A program made the position numbers and the translations under genes. DNA of 62,610 nucleotides, counting the filler, from Dugesia japonica (taxonomy: Eukaryota), in NCBI GenBank assembly GCA_001938525.1. It is 5 parts of 5 records of this genome, joined end to end, with 100 filler letters (N's around TTAATTAATTAA, not from the genome) between each part and the next. Parts side by side here need not be neighbours in the genome. Positions count along the whole stretch, not along the records: positions 37,273 to 48,425 come from MQRL01609290.1; positions 48,526 to 62,610 come from MQRL01602986.1; 3 more parts are not named here. One strand, written 5' to 3'. Positions 38,661 to 51,360 of this stretch are shown piece by piece. The notes below the pieces were generated by a model that saw only the letters and a program-made list of their open reading frames with translations, was not told where the DNA came from and did not search any database. The first letter of the stretch is position 1, and each line of letters begins with the position of its first letter.

Positions 38661-41600
38661 TTTCCAAAATTTAAATAGTTATAATTTCAGAAATTTGAAC
38701 TAAAAAAATAATTACTACAAAAATTCTGTTCAAAATGAAATTCGTAATTAAAATGTATTTTTAATTATTTTAAACAAACTTTAAGGCTAAAGATTTAGAT
38801 TGTGGATATTTAAAATATATACGAAGTCAAGTATCTTTGTATTTCTGATGAAATAAAATTTCTATCAAATATTCAAAGAATATTTATTCGAAATAAATTT
38901 TTAAAAATTTTATGTCTAAGTTAAATATTTCGAAAGCCAGTGAATAGAAAAATTTAAAATAAATATAGCAGAATAACATAAACAAGAGTCTGAGTAAATA
39001 TATATCAAAATTTAAGAAGATGTACCTCGGGATTAATTACAGCAAAATCACAAATCATTCTAAAATGATGAGAAGTCATTCTCATGGAGGATTTTGTGGC
39101 CATGGAATATAAACGAAATTGGAGCGACCAAACTCTAAAGGAATAATAAAATAATATATTCCGTTAGTTCAGTGGAGGTTATAAACAAATGTTATAAACG
39201 ATTTGACTTATTATAAAATTTGAGGCGTTCAAACCCGTACATGACTTTAGGATTGAAAATTAAGAAATTATTATGCGACCAATTAGAGATCAGTGTGACC
39301 AGCTTATTCCAATTGGATCTTTGAATTTGTAATTTTTATTCTTGATAAACATTTTTATTAGTTATTATGTGAAGAATAGATTGTGCATGCGTGTGTAATA
39401 CTATTTAAACAATTGTAAATAATCATAAAATTGGTTTAAATGCTATAACAAGATTAACCCTGTGGTAGTGAAATAAAGTTATTATTTTGTTAATCGATTC
39501 TATTGAATTGAGTTATAATTTTTGAGATTATTGATAAGATTAAAAGCCTAAGACGTACTTTTGCCTGAGCAACGAGCAAATTTAATATAAAGTTAGAATA
39601 ATTTTGTAATTTAGCCAGCTTAAGTGTTGGAAACCTCAACAAAATGCACGAAAAAGATATACGCATATATATTTCTACCTACGTCTTAAAATTTAGTTTT
39701 TAACGGTTATTCTTTATATCCTTTCATTAAAAATGAAACTATATGCTCTTAATCAACAATATAATTTTCAAAAAATGAAATATGTACGAATATGCTTGAA
39801 ATTTTCCCTCCTTCTTTATACTTTGACCCCTTCCCTATTTTTATTCAAAGAGCCCAATGTACTCGAGGTTATTACCACCAATTGAATATAAATGATCTAA
39901 ATAAAAAATAACTAAAAAATAAAAATAAGAAAAAAAATATTAATAAAATAATTATTAAATAGTTTTAAATGTCATTTCAAATATATATTTTATAGGTTAA
40001 CTATCTGTTATCTTTATTTATAATTTAAGAGATCTTATTTATTAAAATTCTGATTATAAAATCGATTTTATAATTTCTTCACCGAAAAAAGTAGTAGAAG
40101 CACATGATCAAAAAAAGCATAACAGAATTCCAGTTCTCAAATAAGACTACATCATTCTCCAAAAAAGATCAATGTAATTATTTAATTTTAAAAGACGATT
40201 TATGTTTATTATATATTTTATTCAATCTGATGATAAGTCATGATATTACTTCCGAAAAGATTAATGTGATTATTTGATTTCGATTTAATAAAACTTTAAA
40301 AATCTATACTGTATTTTTTATCAAATTTTATTAAATTCATTGACATTACTATTTTATACACTAAAATTTTAATTAAATTTTAAAACATCATAAATAAATA
40401 GCGTCTTTTAGATTTTTTGTTTCGGATGACGATTTTTTAAATAACATTCGGCTTATTATTTGAAAGTAGGTTATAATTTTTCAGCGCATTTGCGATTAAA
40501 GTAATTTAATAAAATATTTTATTTAAGTTAATTATTGAAAGTATTTAGCATCCTTTTTAGAAAAGTTGAACAATAAACATACATGGATAACTTTGTTATA
40601 TCATGGTTCAAATAAATCTCTCAAAATATCAATAGTATATTTTGAGAAGGCCTACAAACTGTAGCTATACTTAATGAAAACTTAATAAATTACATTGATA
40701 TTAAATTTTAGTGATATTTAGTATGGAAAAAAAACTTTCTGAGCCTGTTTTAAACTTATAAATTTTTATTAATTTTTTGTTTTTAAATTTCTTTAAAGGT
40801 TTACCGATACCATTATATTCTTAGCTCGTAATAATTTTGGGATTTTTGTAAATAAAGAATTTTGGCTATCACTTATTTGGAAATCTTAAACTGCTTTAAC
40901 TTTTATTAAATATCCATTCCTTTTTTAAATAAATTTTTGTATTTTATCCATTAAATGTTGTGATTTTAGGTCCAGTTTAAGTACATCCTAAAAAATTAGG
41001 GTTTACCTCTTTTCGGTTTGAATTTAATCATTTAAGTCAATTTTACTTTATTCTTTAGAAAATTTTTAACCATTTCTACCGTTTTAGGGAATGGTTTTTA
41101 GAATTCATTTAAAATAAAATTAATTTAATGTTAATCACTTCATTTATTTATTTAATTATAATCTTTTAATTAAATCACTTTTAATTTANGCTATTATTTC
41201 ATCATTTCGTTGATTACATTAATTTAATTTTGGTTATTTATTTATTTATTTGATTTCAATATTTAATATAAACTTTATTAATAGCTAGTGAATCGCGTTT
41301 AATCAGTTTAATATTGAGTGGTACATTTGATTTTAACGTCTTAAATAAACTTTAGTAATACCTAATATTAATAATACCTAATAATTTGTAAAATGTTTAT
41401 AGAGATCATCAAATATTTTCAGACCACGAGGCTGTTGTTGTCAAATATCCAAACCCCATTGAAAGAATATGGCGCCAAACATAAGAGTAATGAGCAAGAT
41501 TGCATGATAACAGAAGAAACAATCTTTGGATCTCTGAGATGAAATTCTTTGTTATGTAAATAAATGCATAATACATGCTTCTGAATTATCACTCATTCAA

Positions 41601-42625
41601 TTAAATAAAGAAAGTTATTCGACTCAGCAACAGAAAAATCAATACAGTTTTCTAAAGACATTATCCCGCATTGACCACGGGGTNGAGGAACGACACACAA
41701 GGTGTTATCAAATTTCTACCGTATTCGGATACCTACCCTTAGAAACATAACGAGTCAGTGAACATAAAAAATAGATTGGAATCAACAGTATAACCACGAC
41801 AAAGTGATAAGCAAATAAATCAAAAACATCGAAGCATAACAATTATAAATTTTTCTAAGCTTGTAAATTTTAGTGCTTTAAATTTAAGCTTATGTTTAGA
41901 TTAAAATGTTAATTTATATACTTGAAAGTTTTTAATAATCTTGGTATTTTCTATGACCATTAGAAAAGTAAAAAAAGTATAAGTGTGTTGGAGTAAGCTA
42001 ACTAGCATACTATAACAGTTGACAGATATTTGAATTATTTTGGAGTGAAGAAGTCAATCCGATTAACCATGGCTTTTTGTCTAAATTACAAGAACCTTTA
42101 CTTAACGATGCAGGACAATTTACTCTCAATGTTTTTGTATATCCAATTAATTCAGCAAATAAGTACTAACATTCCATTTTATTAACATCAAATTTTACTC
42201 ATCGTTTTTTAATTCAAACCAAAATAAATTTTGCAAGTTATTCTCATTTTCTGGTTGAAAATCAAAAATAAACTTGTTAAAAATATTTAGGCTTGTATTT
42301 TTTATAAATTCATGTCATTATTTAAAATTTTTAATCCCTCAGTTGAACTTTTAGTTATCAATTGATTACGTAACATCAATTTATAATAAAGATAAAATGT
42401 GCTTATATGAACAAAATATTTGGAACAAAATTTAAAATTTTAATGAACATATGAAATTTTATGAGCATTTTACGTAGAAAATTTAATGATATAATTTAAA
42501 AAAACAACATAATTTTTGCATTTATTTTCTTGTTTAAATGAAATATTTTTATAATTGGAAACATACTTACAATTTAATTTTAATTATTCTATTTTTGTTA
42601 TTGTTGAATTGGTATAACTATTGAA

Positions 42626-42807
42626 ATGAAAATAGTAATTATCGGAGCTGGAATCAATGGATTATCTGTAGGAGTGAAGCTTTTAGAAATTCATAGAAAT
42701 CTTTCAGTTACTATTATTAGTGATAAAGTAACTCCGGATACTGCTGGTGATGTTTCTCCTGGATTGTGGATGCCATATGCCGTATGTGAAGACGATCCTC
42801 GTTTCGA
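42626..42807 (+). CDS. D-amino acid/D-aspartate oxidase family gene B, coding exon 1
   Basis: MKIVIIGAGING...TPDTAGDVSPGLWMPY; GTAAG donor at 42808 (phase 2). Confidence 0.9.
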
Positions 42808-43429
42808 GTAAGACTGATGATTGATGAAATTACAATTTATAAAAGATGTAGATTTTACAATATTGTTTTAGTAATATTTATTTTATATGTACAAACTTAA
42901 GCCAAATTTAAGTTTTACGTTACTCATCATAATTTTCGTGATACATTTTGATATTTTGTGTTTACTAAAATTAAAAGTTCTTAAATTATTCTTATGAAAA
43001 TCAAAGAAATAATAGAAATTATATAAAACCATATACTAATTAATATTATATTTCTTGAATTTTCTTTAAAAAAACCTTTATTTAAAAAATTAGTAAATAT
43101 TATGAAATCTTATAATTCTCTATACTTTGTTGAATAAAATAAAAAGTAATAATTTATATTTGTGTATTGAAGATTTTTTATATTAATATTATCCTTAATG
43201 CTATTGTTGAGATGCTGAAATCTTTTTTTATTGGATTGTCAAGAATGTCTTTTAATAAACAATATTGAATATTTTTTATTGCATTAATTGATGACATTCC
43301 AGTTCTTTAAATATTATGTGATTATTATTTTTCACAAAATTTATAAAAAGTTTATATTATGGAATAACACTATAATTAATCTCTTATAAAATGGAACCGA
43401 AGTTAGAACGATAAAGAATTAGTAAATAG

Positions 43430-44600
43430 TAATAGAATGTCTTTTGGCATTGATGCTGCTCCTTCGACTTTTCAAAATCTGATGTCGATAATTGTAGGTG
43501 ACATGATATGGAAAGAAGCTTTAGTTTATTTGGACGATATTTTAATTTTTTCCTAAACCATAGAAGATCATAAGATAAGAATAGAAAAACTATTTCAAAG
43601 AATAGATCATAGTAAATGTTTTGATTCAGATTCCTTTAGAAAAATGGCATTTAAATATAATTCTATTATTAAATATTCAAGTCCTTATCATCATCAGACA
43701 AATGAACAGATTGAAAGACAATTTCGAACAATAAGCTTGTAGTTTAAATGATAAACTATATAAAACATCGGAAGCAGCCTTATCTCACATAGAATTTTCA
43801 ATGAACTCAACCATTCAAAAAAGTATCAACTTTACACCAGCAAAAATTATATTTGGCAAAAGAATATTGAAAGAAAGATTTATTAGCACTAATGACGGAA
43901 ATATGGATGAAATAACTTATATAAAAAAGACAAATAATTTACGAGACAAAAATAAAAGCATTATAAATGCTAATAATAGGATAAATAGTTATGATAATGA
44001 GCGTAGAAGACATAGGGTATTGGTGATCGTGTGTTAATTTAAATGGATGTCCGAAATAAGCAGGATAATAGATTTAAAGGCCCATTTAGAATTATTAATA
44101 AATTACATGAAAATNNNNNNNNNNNNNNNNNNNNNNNNNNNNNNNNNNNNNNNNNNNNNNNNNNATGGATGTCCGAAATAAGCAGGATAATAGATTTAAA
44201 GGCCCATTTAGAATTATTAATAAATTACATGAAAATAGGCTAAAGCCAAATAAGGAGGGGGAATGTGATAATAAATTAATTAAAATTAAATTTATCATTT
44301 TATTACATAATACTATCAATTTTTTTTTGAAAACAAGGGTTAATAATTATTTAATATGTGGGTTTTGGTATGCATGTTTGATTTTAATATAAAATATAAT
44401 GCTTATTTAGAATGATGTGTTTATGAATGAGTATGTCCTCCATTACGAAATCATTAAAGATTTCCCCAAAATAAACCAGAAAAATTATGTCATTTAATAT
44501 AATTTTTACTAGCAATTATTTGTCTTCAAACAATAAGTAAATAAGAGTTTTAAATTTGTTGTAGATTCTTCTAGATAATTGCATAACTAAAAGCTCTCCG
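43430..44600 (+). mobile_element. Ty3/Gypsy relic in DAO intron 1
   Basis: RT APSTFQ...VYLDDILIFS, integrase SSPYHHQTN..IER, FKGPF. PPT AAGGAGGGGGAA then TGTGATAA (LTR start ~44264; right end approximate). Confidence 0.85.
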
Positions 44601-45208
44601 CCAAAGTTTAAATGGATTTAAAATTTGATTCGAATTTTAAGTGAAAATATTATAGGGTTTCTTCATTTATTTATTAATTTTTATTTAGTAATCATTCTTT
44701 CATAATTTGTATTTTCTTCTATTAATTTAAATGGAAAAAGTCAATTTGCCTTATCAGCTGACTCATTTCAATTACCCCAAAAGCTGATTTATATAATCCA
44801 TAATCATTGTGTTTATCTACCCGTCAAAGGATTTTGATTTTATCTCGTTTGTTTTTTCTGAATTGAACTGATTCATATAAAATTTTAATTAATTAATTAA
44901 TAATCTTGATTATTAGAATTCTTGTAATTAGTGGAATAAGTTAATTATTTGAATCATTTGACGATCTCATAAAAGGTGTTAATTATGTAAAATAATTTGC
45001 ATTTATTTCTCAACAAATCACCGCATTCATAAACTTATATAGAAATTTGATTCTGTTGGAAATCACTCAACTCAGATCGCAAATTATATTTATTTTATTT
45101 ATTAAAACAATGTACTAAAATCTGAACGATGTAATACAATTTCGTAATTGAAAAAAGCCAAATATCTACAAAATAGTATAAATTTTCCCTGCAGATGTTA
45201 ACAATATG

Positions 45209-45640
45209 TTACATGTAAATAATTATGTTGCAGTGGTTGCATTCTGGATTAATCTTTGAAAGACAAACACGCAGCTCCTCGTCGATAATTTGAAGTCTCT
45301 CGCACTTCTTTGATTTCATTTCTGTGAGTGCTGAAAATCTGTTCTCACAAGGATAACACTTTCCAAATGGTAACAACAATTCTGTTGCTTTTTTGCTCAA
45401 TGGAGGAAATTTGTTGTTTAAAGATGTCCAAAATTTCGAAAGCCTTTTTTCAGCGAAGATTCTTTCAAAAACCAAATCAGTCTTTTAACCAATCTAGTTT
45501 TCTTCAAGTTTCTATTCAAGANNNNNNNNNNNNNNNNNTATCAGTTTCAAACTCTATGGGTTGATAAACTATTCCATTTCTGTTATGTCGATATTCGGAA
45601 AGTACTTGAGAAACAAAACTTCAAAAACGCTAGAAATTTT
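45209..45640 (-). mobile_element. hAT (Buster/Charlie-like) transposase C-terminal relic
   Basis: FW...FPPLSKKATELLLPF...YPCENRFSAL...K.K.RL...LRVCLSKINP dimerisation domain. Confidence 0.85.
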
Positions 45641-45916
45641 AAAAAATTCCAAAAGTTTTCACTGAGCATATGCTGCCCGACAAAGCACTAAAATAAAGAA
45701 TTTTAACAAATATATTGAAATGTTTAATATATTTTATTAATGATTTTCTGACTGTATTACTACAAATATAAATAACACAAAACAAATTATTGAGCAACGT
45801 AAATATGTTTATATTTCTCTCAACGGAATTTGTAAATTGTTTAATTAATAATACCGATTAATTTAAATTGAATTTTTTTTATAATTTTTCAATTTTGAAT
45901 TGTTAAACCATTCTAG

Positions 45917-46037
45917 GAATTGGTGCCGATCAACATATTCATATTTAAGTGAAATTGTACAAACTGATCCAAATCATCATGAATATGGAATTTATTATCA
46001 AGAAATTTATGATTTGAGTGACAATGAACCTCTTCAG
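45917..46037 (+). CDS. DAO-family gene B, coding exon 2
   Basis: ttctag|G...CAG|gtaatt. Phase-compatible with exon 1. Encodes NWCRSTYSYLSEIVQTDPNHHEYGIYYQEIYDLSDNEPLQ. Confidence 0.8.
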
Positions 46038-46823
46038 GTAATTTATTAAATGAAAATATTTTAATTTTGTTCTTATTGAAATTTTTGTGTGGTTGGTGAT
46101 CGTTTTTCTTGAAATCTTTTTTGAAAAAAATTTAAATTGAAATAAAAAATTAAATGACGAATAAGTAATTGTTTTAAATTCTGACATTAAATTTTAATAA
46201 ATANNNNNNNNNNNNNNNNNNNNNNNNNNNNNNNNNNNNNNNNNNNNNNNNNNNNNNNNNNNNNNNNNNNNNNNNNNNNNNNNNNTGGTTTTTTTATTGA
46301 TATTGGATAACAATTCGATATTTCGACCTTGTCTTCGTCAGGAATTGATTTTTTTAATTAAATAAATTAAATTTTAAATTTTTTAAAATTTATTAATTTT
46401 TTTATTAAATGAATTCTATAAAACGATCAATGGTTATGTCCAACAATTATTCTCACAATAATTGCAATTGTAAAAAAAATCAAATGTTTTAATAAAAAGT
46501 TTTAATAAATAAATGGAAAATTTATTTTAAAATCTTATTTAAAAAATCAAATAACTTTAAATAGATTTTAAAAAAATCTTAAGAAACTATCACCAATTTA
46601 AAACAGGAATTTAATTTGTTTAAAAAAACAATTAGTGTTGCTATAGATTTTATTTTAATAAATTTATGAAGTTGAATTCTGATGTTAATGATTCGATGAG
46701 TTTTCCAAACTCACCTAACACATGGAATAATGAAATTATCATTAAGAATAAAAAATTAAAATCGGGTCATTGTATACATGTTTATAAAATGAAATACACG
46801 TTAACCAATTTATTTTTATTCAG

Positions 46824-46900
46824 ATGAAATTATTCAACGAAGTTGTTGACGTGAGCCGATTTATGAATGAACGTGAATTAAAACGATTTCCAGTTGCTAA
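46824..46900 (+). CDS. DAO-family gene B, coding exon 3
   Basis: ttattcag|...|gtgagt. Encodes MKLFNEVVDVSRFMNERELKRFPVA, resembling the DAO 'VLGFRxLTxRELxxFP' block. Confidence 0.8.
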
Positions 46901-47249
46901 GTGAGTTTAATAAATATGATGCATAAATTATTCTTGATTTGATCGTAATTTTGAATATAAAAAATTAAATTACACTAACAAATTTAGTTCATACCAAAAT
47001 TTTCTAAAAAATTAAAAATAAATCATAAAAGAAATTTTTTTCTAATATTTTTTTTGTTTTTCAATTATTTTTTCTAATACGACTAGGACTTTAAATCAAT
47101 TAGTATGAGGGTTCTCAAAATTTTTGTAGCGCAGTCGCACTCAAGATTGCAAAAAAATAAAGGCGAGCGCAATCGAATTTAAAAAAATAAAATAAAAGTA
47201 TTATATCCTTTATTATAACATACATTTTGTACAATTTATTTACTTAAAC

Positions 47250-48000
47250 TTATACAGGATGGCGCTAATAAAACTTTTCAAAGAAACCGGAACTATAGAA
47301 GATAAACCTCCATGAAGCAAATTTGACAATGGTTTTGGATGAAACCGCAATGACAGGTATTAACAGGAGATCTGTCCAGCGAATTAATAAAAAAACATCA
47401 TTTTCATCCATTCGAAGTGTACTTTAAGAATCACATTATGATATATATCGCCGTATGAAATTCCTATAATGATTCATGAAACAGTGGACCTCATCTCTAA
47501 TATTTTCTTCAGTGACGAAGCGGCATTTCAACTCAGTGGTCAATAGGCATAATGAACGTTATTGGTATGACGTAAACCATCATTGAATGGGGAAACTCAT
47601 TTGTAACATGACTTTAAAGAAATGGTGTAGGCCGCATTGTGGGGTGAATAGCTCATCGCCCCACAATTTTCTTTGAAATTAATGTCACGAGACATTCTTA
47701 ATGCCTATTTTGAATAGGTGCCAATTGGAAAAACGACAGAATATGTGGTTCATGCACGATGCTGCTTACTTTAATCGTTCACATATTTTTTAAATTTTTC
47801 ATTTTCGAACAAGTGAATAGGGCGGTTTGGTGCTGTAAAATAGCCACCTAGATCTCCAGATCTTACACATCTCGACTTTTTCTGTGGGGTCACTTGAAGT
47901 TCGTTTTGCAGGTAGACCGCCACAGAAACGTCTTAGATTTGAAAGAAATAGTAATATTAGAACGCACCAAAATCAATGCCCAAGTGTTGCAGAATTGCAA
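47250..48000 (+). mobile_element. Tc1/mariner-superfamily transposase relic
   Basis: IFFSDEAAFQLSG, WFMHDAA and PPRSPDLTHLDFFLWG motifs, with many disruptions. Confidence 0.85.
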
Positions 48001-48425
48001 ATTTTTATTAATTATTATTTTTGTAAATATTAATGATTAAATTAGAAATAATGTTGAATTTTTTTAAATAAAGTGGTTTAATTTTATTCTGTAAATTTCA
48101 TCTAGATATTTTTTTAAAAATTAGAATGAAGAGTTTATTTTTGGGTAAAGTAAAACATTTGGNCAATTTCTATTTTTCTATTCAGAAAATTTTTATTGTG
48201 TTGAATTTTTAAGTGAGAATTTGATTTAGTAATAATATTTACCTTTGTAAACTCTTAGTAATTTTTATTAAAAATCTTAGTAAAGACTTTCATGGACATT
48301 TTCGGTAATATTTATAAATTGTATTTTTGTAAAGTTTCAACGAAAGTTGAAAGTGTTTAATAATAAAGTTGAAATAATTAATAAATCTTGATACACCTAA
48401 AATATTATAATTAAAGTAATAGTTT

Positions 48426-48525
48426 NNNNNNNNNNNNNNNNNNNNNNNNNNNNNNNNNNNNNNNNNNNNTTAATTAATTAANNNNNNNNNNNNNNNNNNN
48501 NNNNNNNNNNNNNNNNNNNNNNNNN
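48426..48525. other. Artificial scaffold spacer
   Basis: N44-TTAATTAATTAA-N44. Confidence 0.97.
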
Positions 48526-48528
48526 TTA

Positions 48529-48580
<52 letters not shown>

Positions 48581-48595
48581 CATTATTATTATTAT
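48526..48595. repeat. (ATT)n microsatellite
   Basis: Direct reading. Confidence 0.95.
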
Positions 48596-48901
48596 TTTTG
48601 GGTTTTTAAGATTTGTTTATTTCAATGCTCTTAATTTAAACCATCTCTGATTGACATCACTCTTGCTTTCAACCAATTGTCACATAATAAAGGGGCAACC
48701 TAAAAACCATAAGCGTTTGCGTCACCTGTGTGACAAATGGAATTATTCTGATTACGCACNGATTAAATAAATATTATTGCCACTCTACTTATACGATACT
48801 TTTACTGTTTTTGATTTTTGAATACAAAGTTTTTTTGCATAGTAACACCGTTACCATTTCCCACATATAATTTACAGTACTCTACATTTTGGCATCCATT
48901 G

Positions 48902-49417
48902 TCATACATTTCTCTCTTCTCCATACCACATCCTCTCACTAGTCTCGATAGTGTTCAGGATTGTGGATACGCTCGGTAATCGGTTAATTTGGGATAGAAT
49001 AAGTTCTGCATTATAAGTTTGTAACTCTTCTACTTGGTTTCTCAGTTTCTCTATGATTTTGTTAGTTCCGCTCAAGGTTTGTAGGTAGAAATTCTGATTC
49101 TCAGTAATCTGTCGTCTCTGATTCTCCACTATTTTATTCAATCTATGTAACTGCATCACATGGAAATTGTGATTCTCCACAAGGGTTGCATTTATTTGTC
49201 GAGTCTGTTGTAACTGTTCGTTCAATACCTTGGAGTTCATCATTACACCCCGGCAGTGTTCGTCCCATAAATTCTCCATTGCAAAATAAGGATTTAAAGG
49301 TTGATTAAGCAATTGGGTATAAGTTTGTACTGGTTCCTCCACAATTGTTCTGTCGACGTCGTCTAGATCCACATTTACTGGTAACTGCCCATTCATTGTT
49401 ATCCGTTTCTGATCCAT
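48902..49417 (-). CDS. Hypothetical coiled-coil protein (last cargo ORF)
   Basis: Intact 171-aa ATG-initiated ORF with Q/N/L-rich heptads. Confidence 0.65.
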   Translation of the reverse strand: MDQKRITMNGQLPVNVDLDDVDRTIVEEPVQTYTQLLNQPLNPYFAMENLWDEHCRGVMMNSKVLNEQLQQTRQINATLVENHNFHVMQLHRLNKIVENQRRQITENQNFYLQTLSGTNKIIEKLRNQVEELQTYNAELILSQINRLPSVSTILNTIETSERMWYGEERNV

Positions 49418-49589
49418 TTTACTAAATAAATACTACGATAAAAATACTACAGTGATCAATCCCAAAACAAATTTACAAATTACTCCATAATTTAATTACT
49501 TTACATTTCGAGCTACTCAAAAACTAAATTGTGTACCTTACTGTTAAATTTCAGGTAATTTATTTACAACTTTGCTCTCACTAACCTCC

Positions 49590-51360
49590 TCAATAACTCC
49601 ACAAAAACTCAGTTCCTCCCTCAGGAATTCCCGACCGCACCAACTCTCTTGGCGGGTGCAAATATTTCGCTATCAACTCTCTTAATTCTGGTTCCAATCG
49701 CAGTCTCGGATACTGCCCTCGTTTTGCCTTACAAATTAATATTGTTATAATCGTCATCAGAATTATCGTAATGACGCCCGCTACTCTACCACTGAATCCT
49801 GCTGACCAATTCCTTTCATTTTCCATTTTGCTTTGCTTCGTTGTTGCCTCATGCTTCAATCTAGCTTTTGCCGGAAATGTCCTTCGTGAACCGATCCTTA
49901 CCAGCTCTTTCATCAATTTGTCAATAAAATCCTCTTGTTGTCTATTTAAAATATTCGATGGCTTTCTAGTTGATTCACNNNNNNNNNNNNNNNNNNNNNN
50001 NNNNNNNNNNNNNNNNNNNNNNNNNNNNTCTGGTTCCAATCGCAGTCTCGGATACTGCCCTCGTTTTGCCTTACAAATTAATATTGTTATAATCGTCATC
50101 AGAATTATCGTAATGACGCCCGCTACTCTACCACTGAATCCTGCTGACCAATTCCTTTCATTTTCCATTTTGCTTTGCTTCGTTGTTGCCTCATGCNNNN
50201 NNNNNNNNNNNNNNNNNNNNNNNNNNNNNNNNNNNNNNNNNNNNNNNNNNNNNNNNNNNNNNNNNNNNNNNNNNNNNNNNNNNNNNNNNNNNNNNNNNNN
50301 NGGCTTTCTAGTTGATTCACTTTCAGTTGTCGTTTTCACATACCTCGTCATCGCATGGTTTCTCTTTTTGCTTCGTACACTGGTTTCCCCCGTGCTCCTC
50401 TTCATGATAGTTGATGTCGCCGTCGTTGTCGTTTTCGGATACACCATCTTCGTCAACCTCTTTGTTGTTGACTTGACCGTTGTCATCCTCAAGTAAGTTT
50501 TCGTTTTTGGTTTCCCTTTTGTCGTCGGTTCGATGGTTAGTGCCCTATTGCCCTGGGGCGTCTCGTCTACTAATATATATTCTAATTCTAACCATTCCCA
50601 TTTTTTCCGATTAAGTTTCATTATCATTTCGTGTTTATTACGGTTCCATCTATACTCTTGTAACACTCCGTCTTGCGTCCAATATGTGAACGATCGATAT
50701 TGCTTAATCCGAAACAACAATTTCTTTCTACGCGACACTTGGAACGTAACTTCTGCATCTTGGGGTGTCCTTTGATTCTCTTTATCTACTATACTCATTT
50801 TCATATCGATCATAGGCCACTCTCCGCTTCGGAAGGCGAAATGCTGTCCCCATACACCTGATGGAAACTGGTTCCATTGAGTTCCCGTCACACCCCGCGG
50901 TTCGATCTTCCAGACTTGCGAGATTTATCCCGCCCGTTTTCCCCGACATTTATCGTTGAATCCGAGCCAGGCTGGCTCATATCGGTCACGCGTATAATAG
51001 AGCACATGGATATAGTGGTAGTAATAAAACTAAACTCTCTGTGGGCTTCGAATAATCCCGAATCATGGCTGTAGGTAAGAAGTATGTCTTCATCCTCCAC
51101 CACACTCCACGGTCTTGGTTTGTATTGGACAATTCGAACTTGCTGTTTCTTACTACCTTTGATCTTGATGTCTAGAGACCAGGTGAATCTATAAAGGTCT
51201 ATTTTAGTCGATTAATATCTGGTTTTTAGCAGAGGTTCTAAATGTCATGTGTTCCCCATACTTGTCACTGTGACTCTTTCCAAACCTTTCCTTGAGATTG
51301 TTTGCACTTGCGTTTTATAAGTCATATAGATTCGATGTTCCGTATGAATATCCTCGTAAT
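49590..51360 (-). pseudogene. Membrane-protein cargo: beta-rich ectodomain, Thr-rich stalk, TM helix
   Basis: Frames 50888-51360 and 49590-50891. TT-rich stretch followed by VAGVITIILMTIITILIC-KAKR. Confidence 0.6.

Noticed and set aside
44043-44235. Direct repeat MDVRNKQDNRFKGPF...
   Set aside because: Exact duplicate flanking a 50-N gap; assembly artefact.
8524-48525. Recurrent TTAATTAATTAA motif between N runs
   Set aside because: Identical 100-nt construct with stops in all frames; an assembly spacer, not biology.
49687-50330. Duplicated HEATTKQ...TM...LRLEP segment in ORF 49590-50891
   Set aside because: Copies are identical and bounded by N gaps, so this is probably mis-scaffolded overlap. 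A real tandem repeat cannot be excluded without reads.
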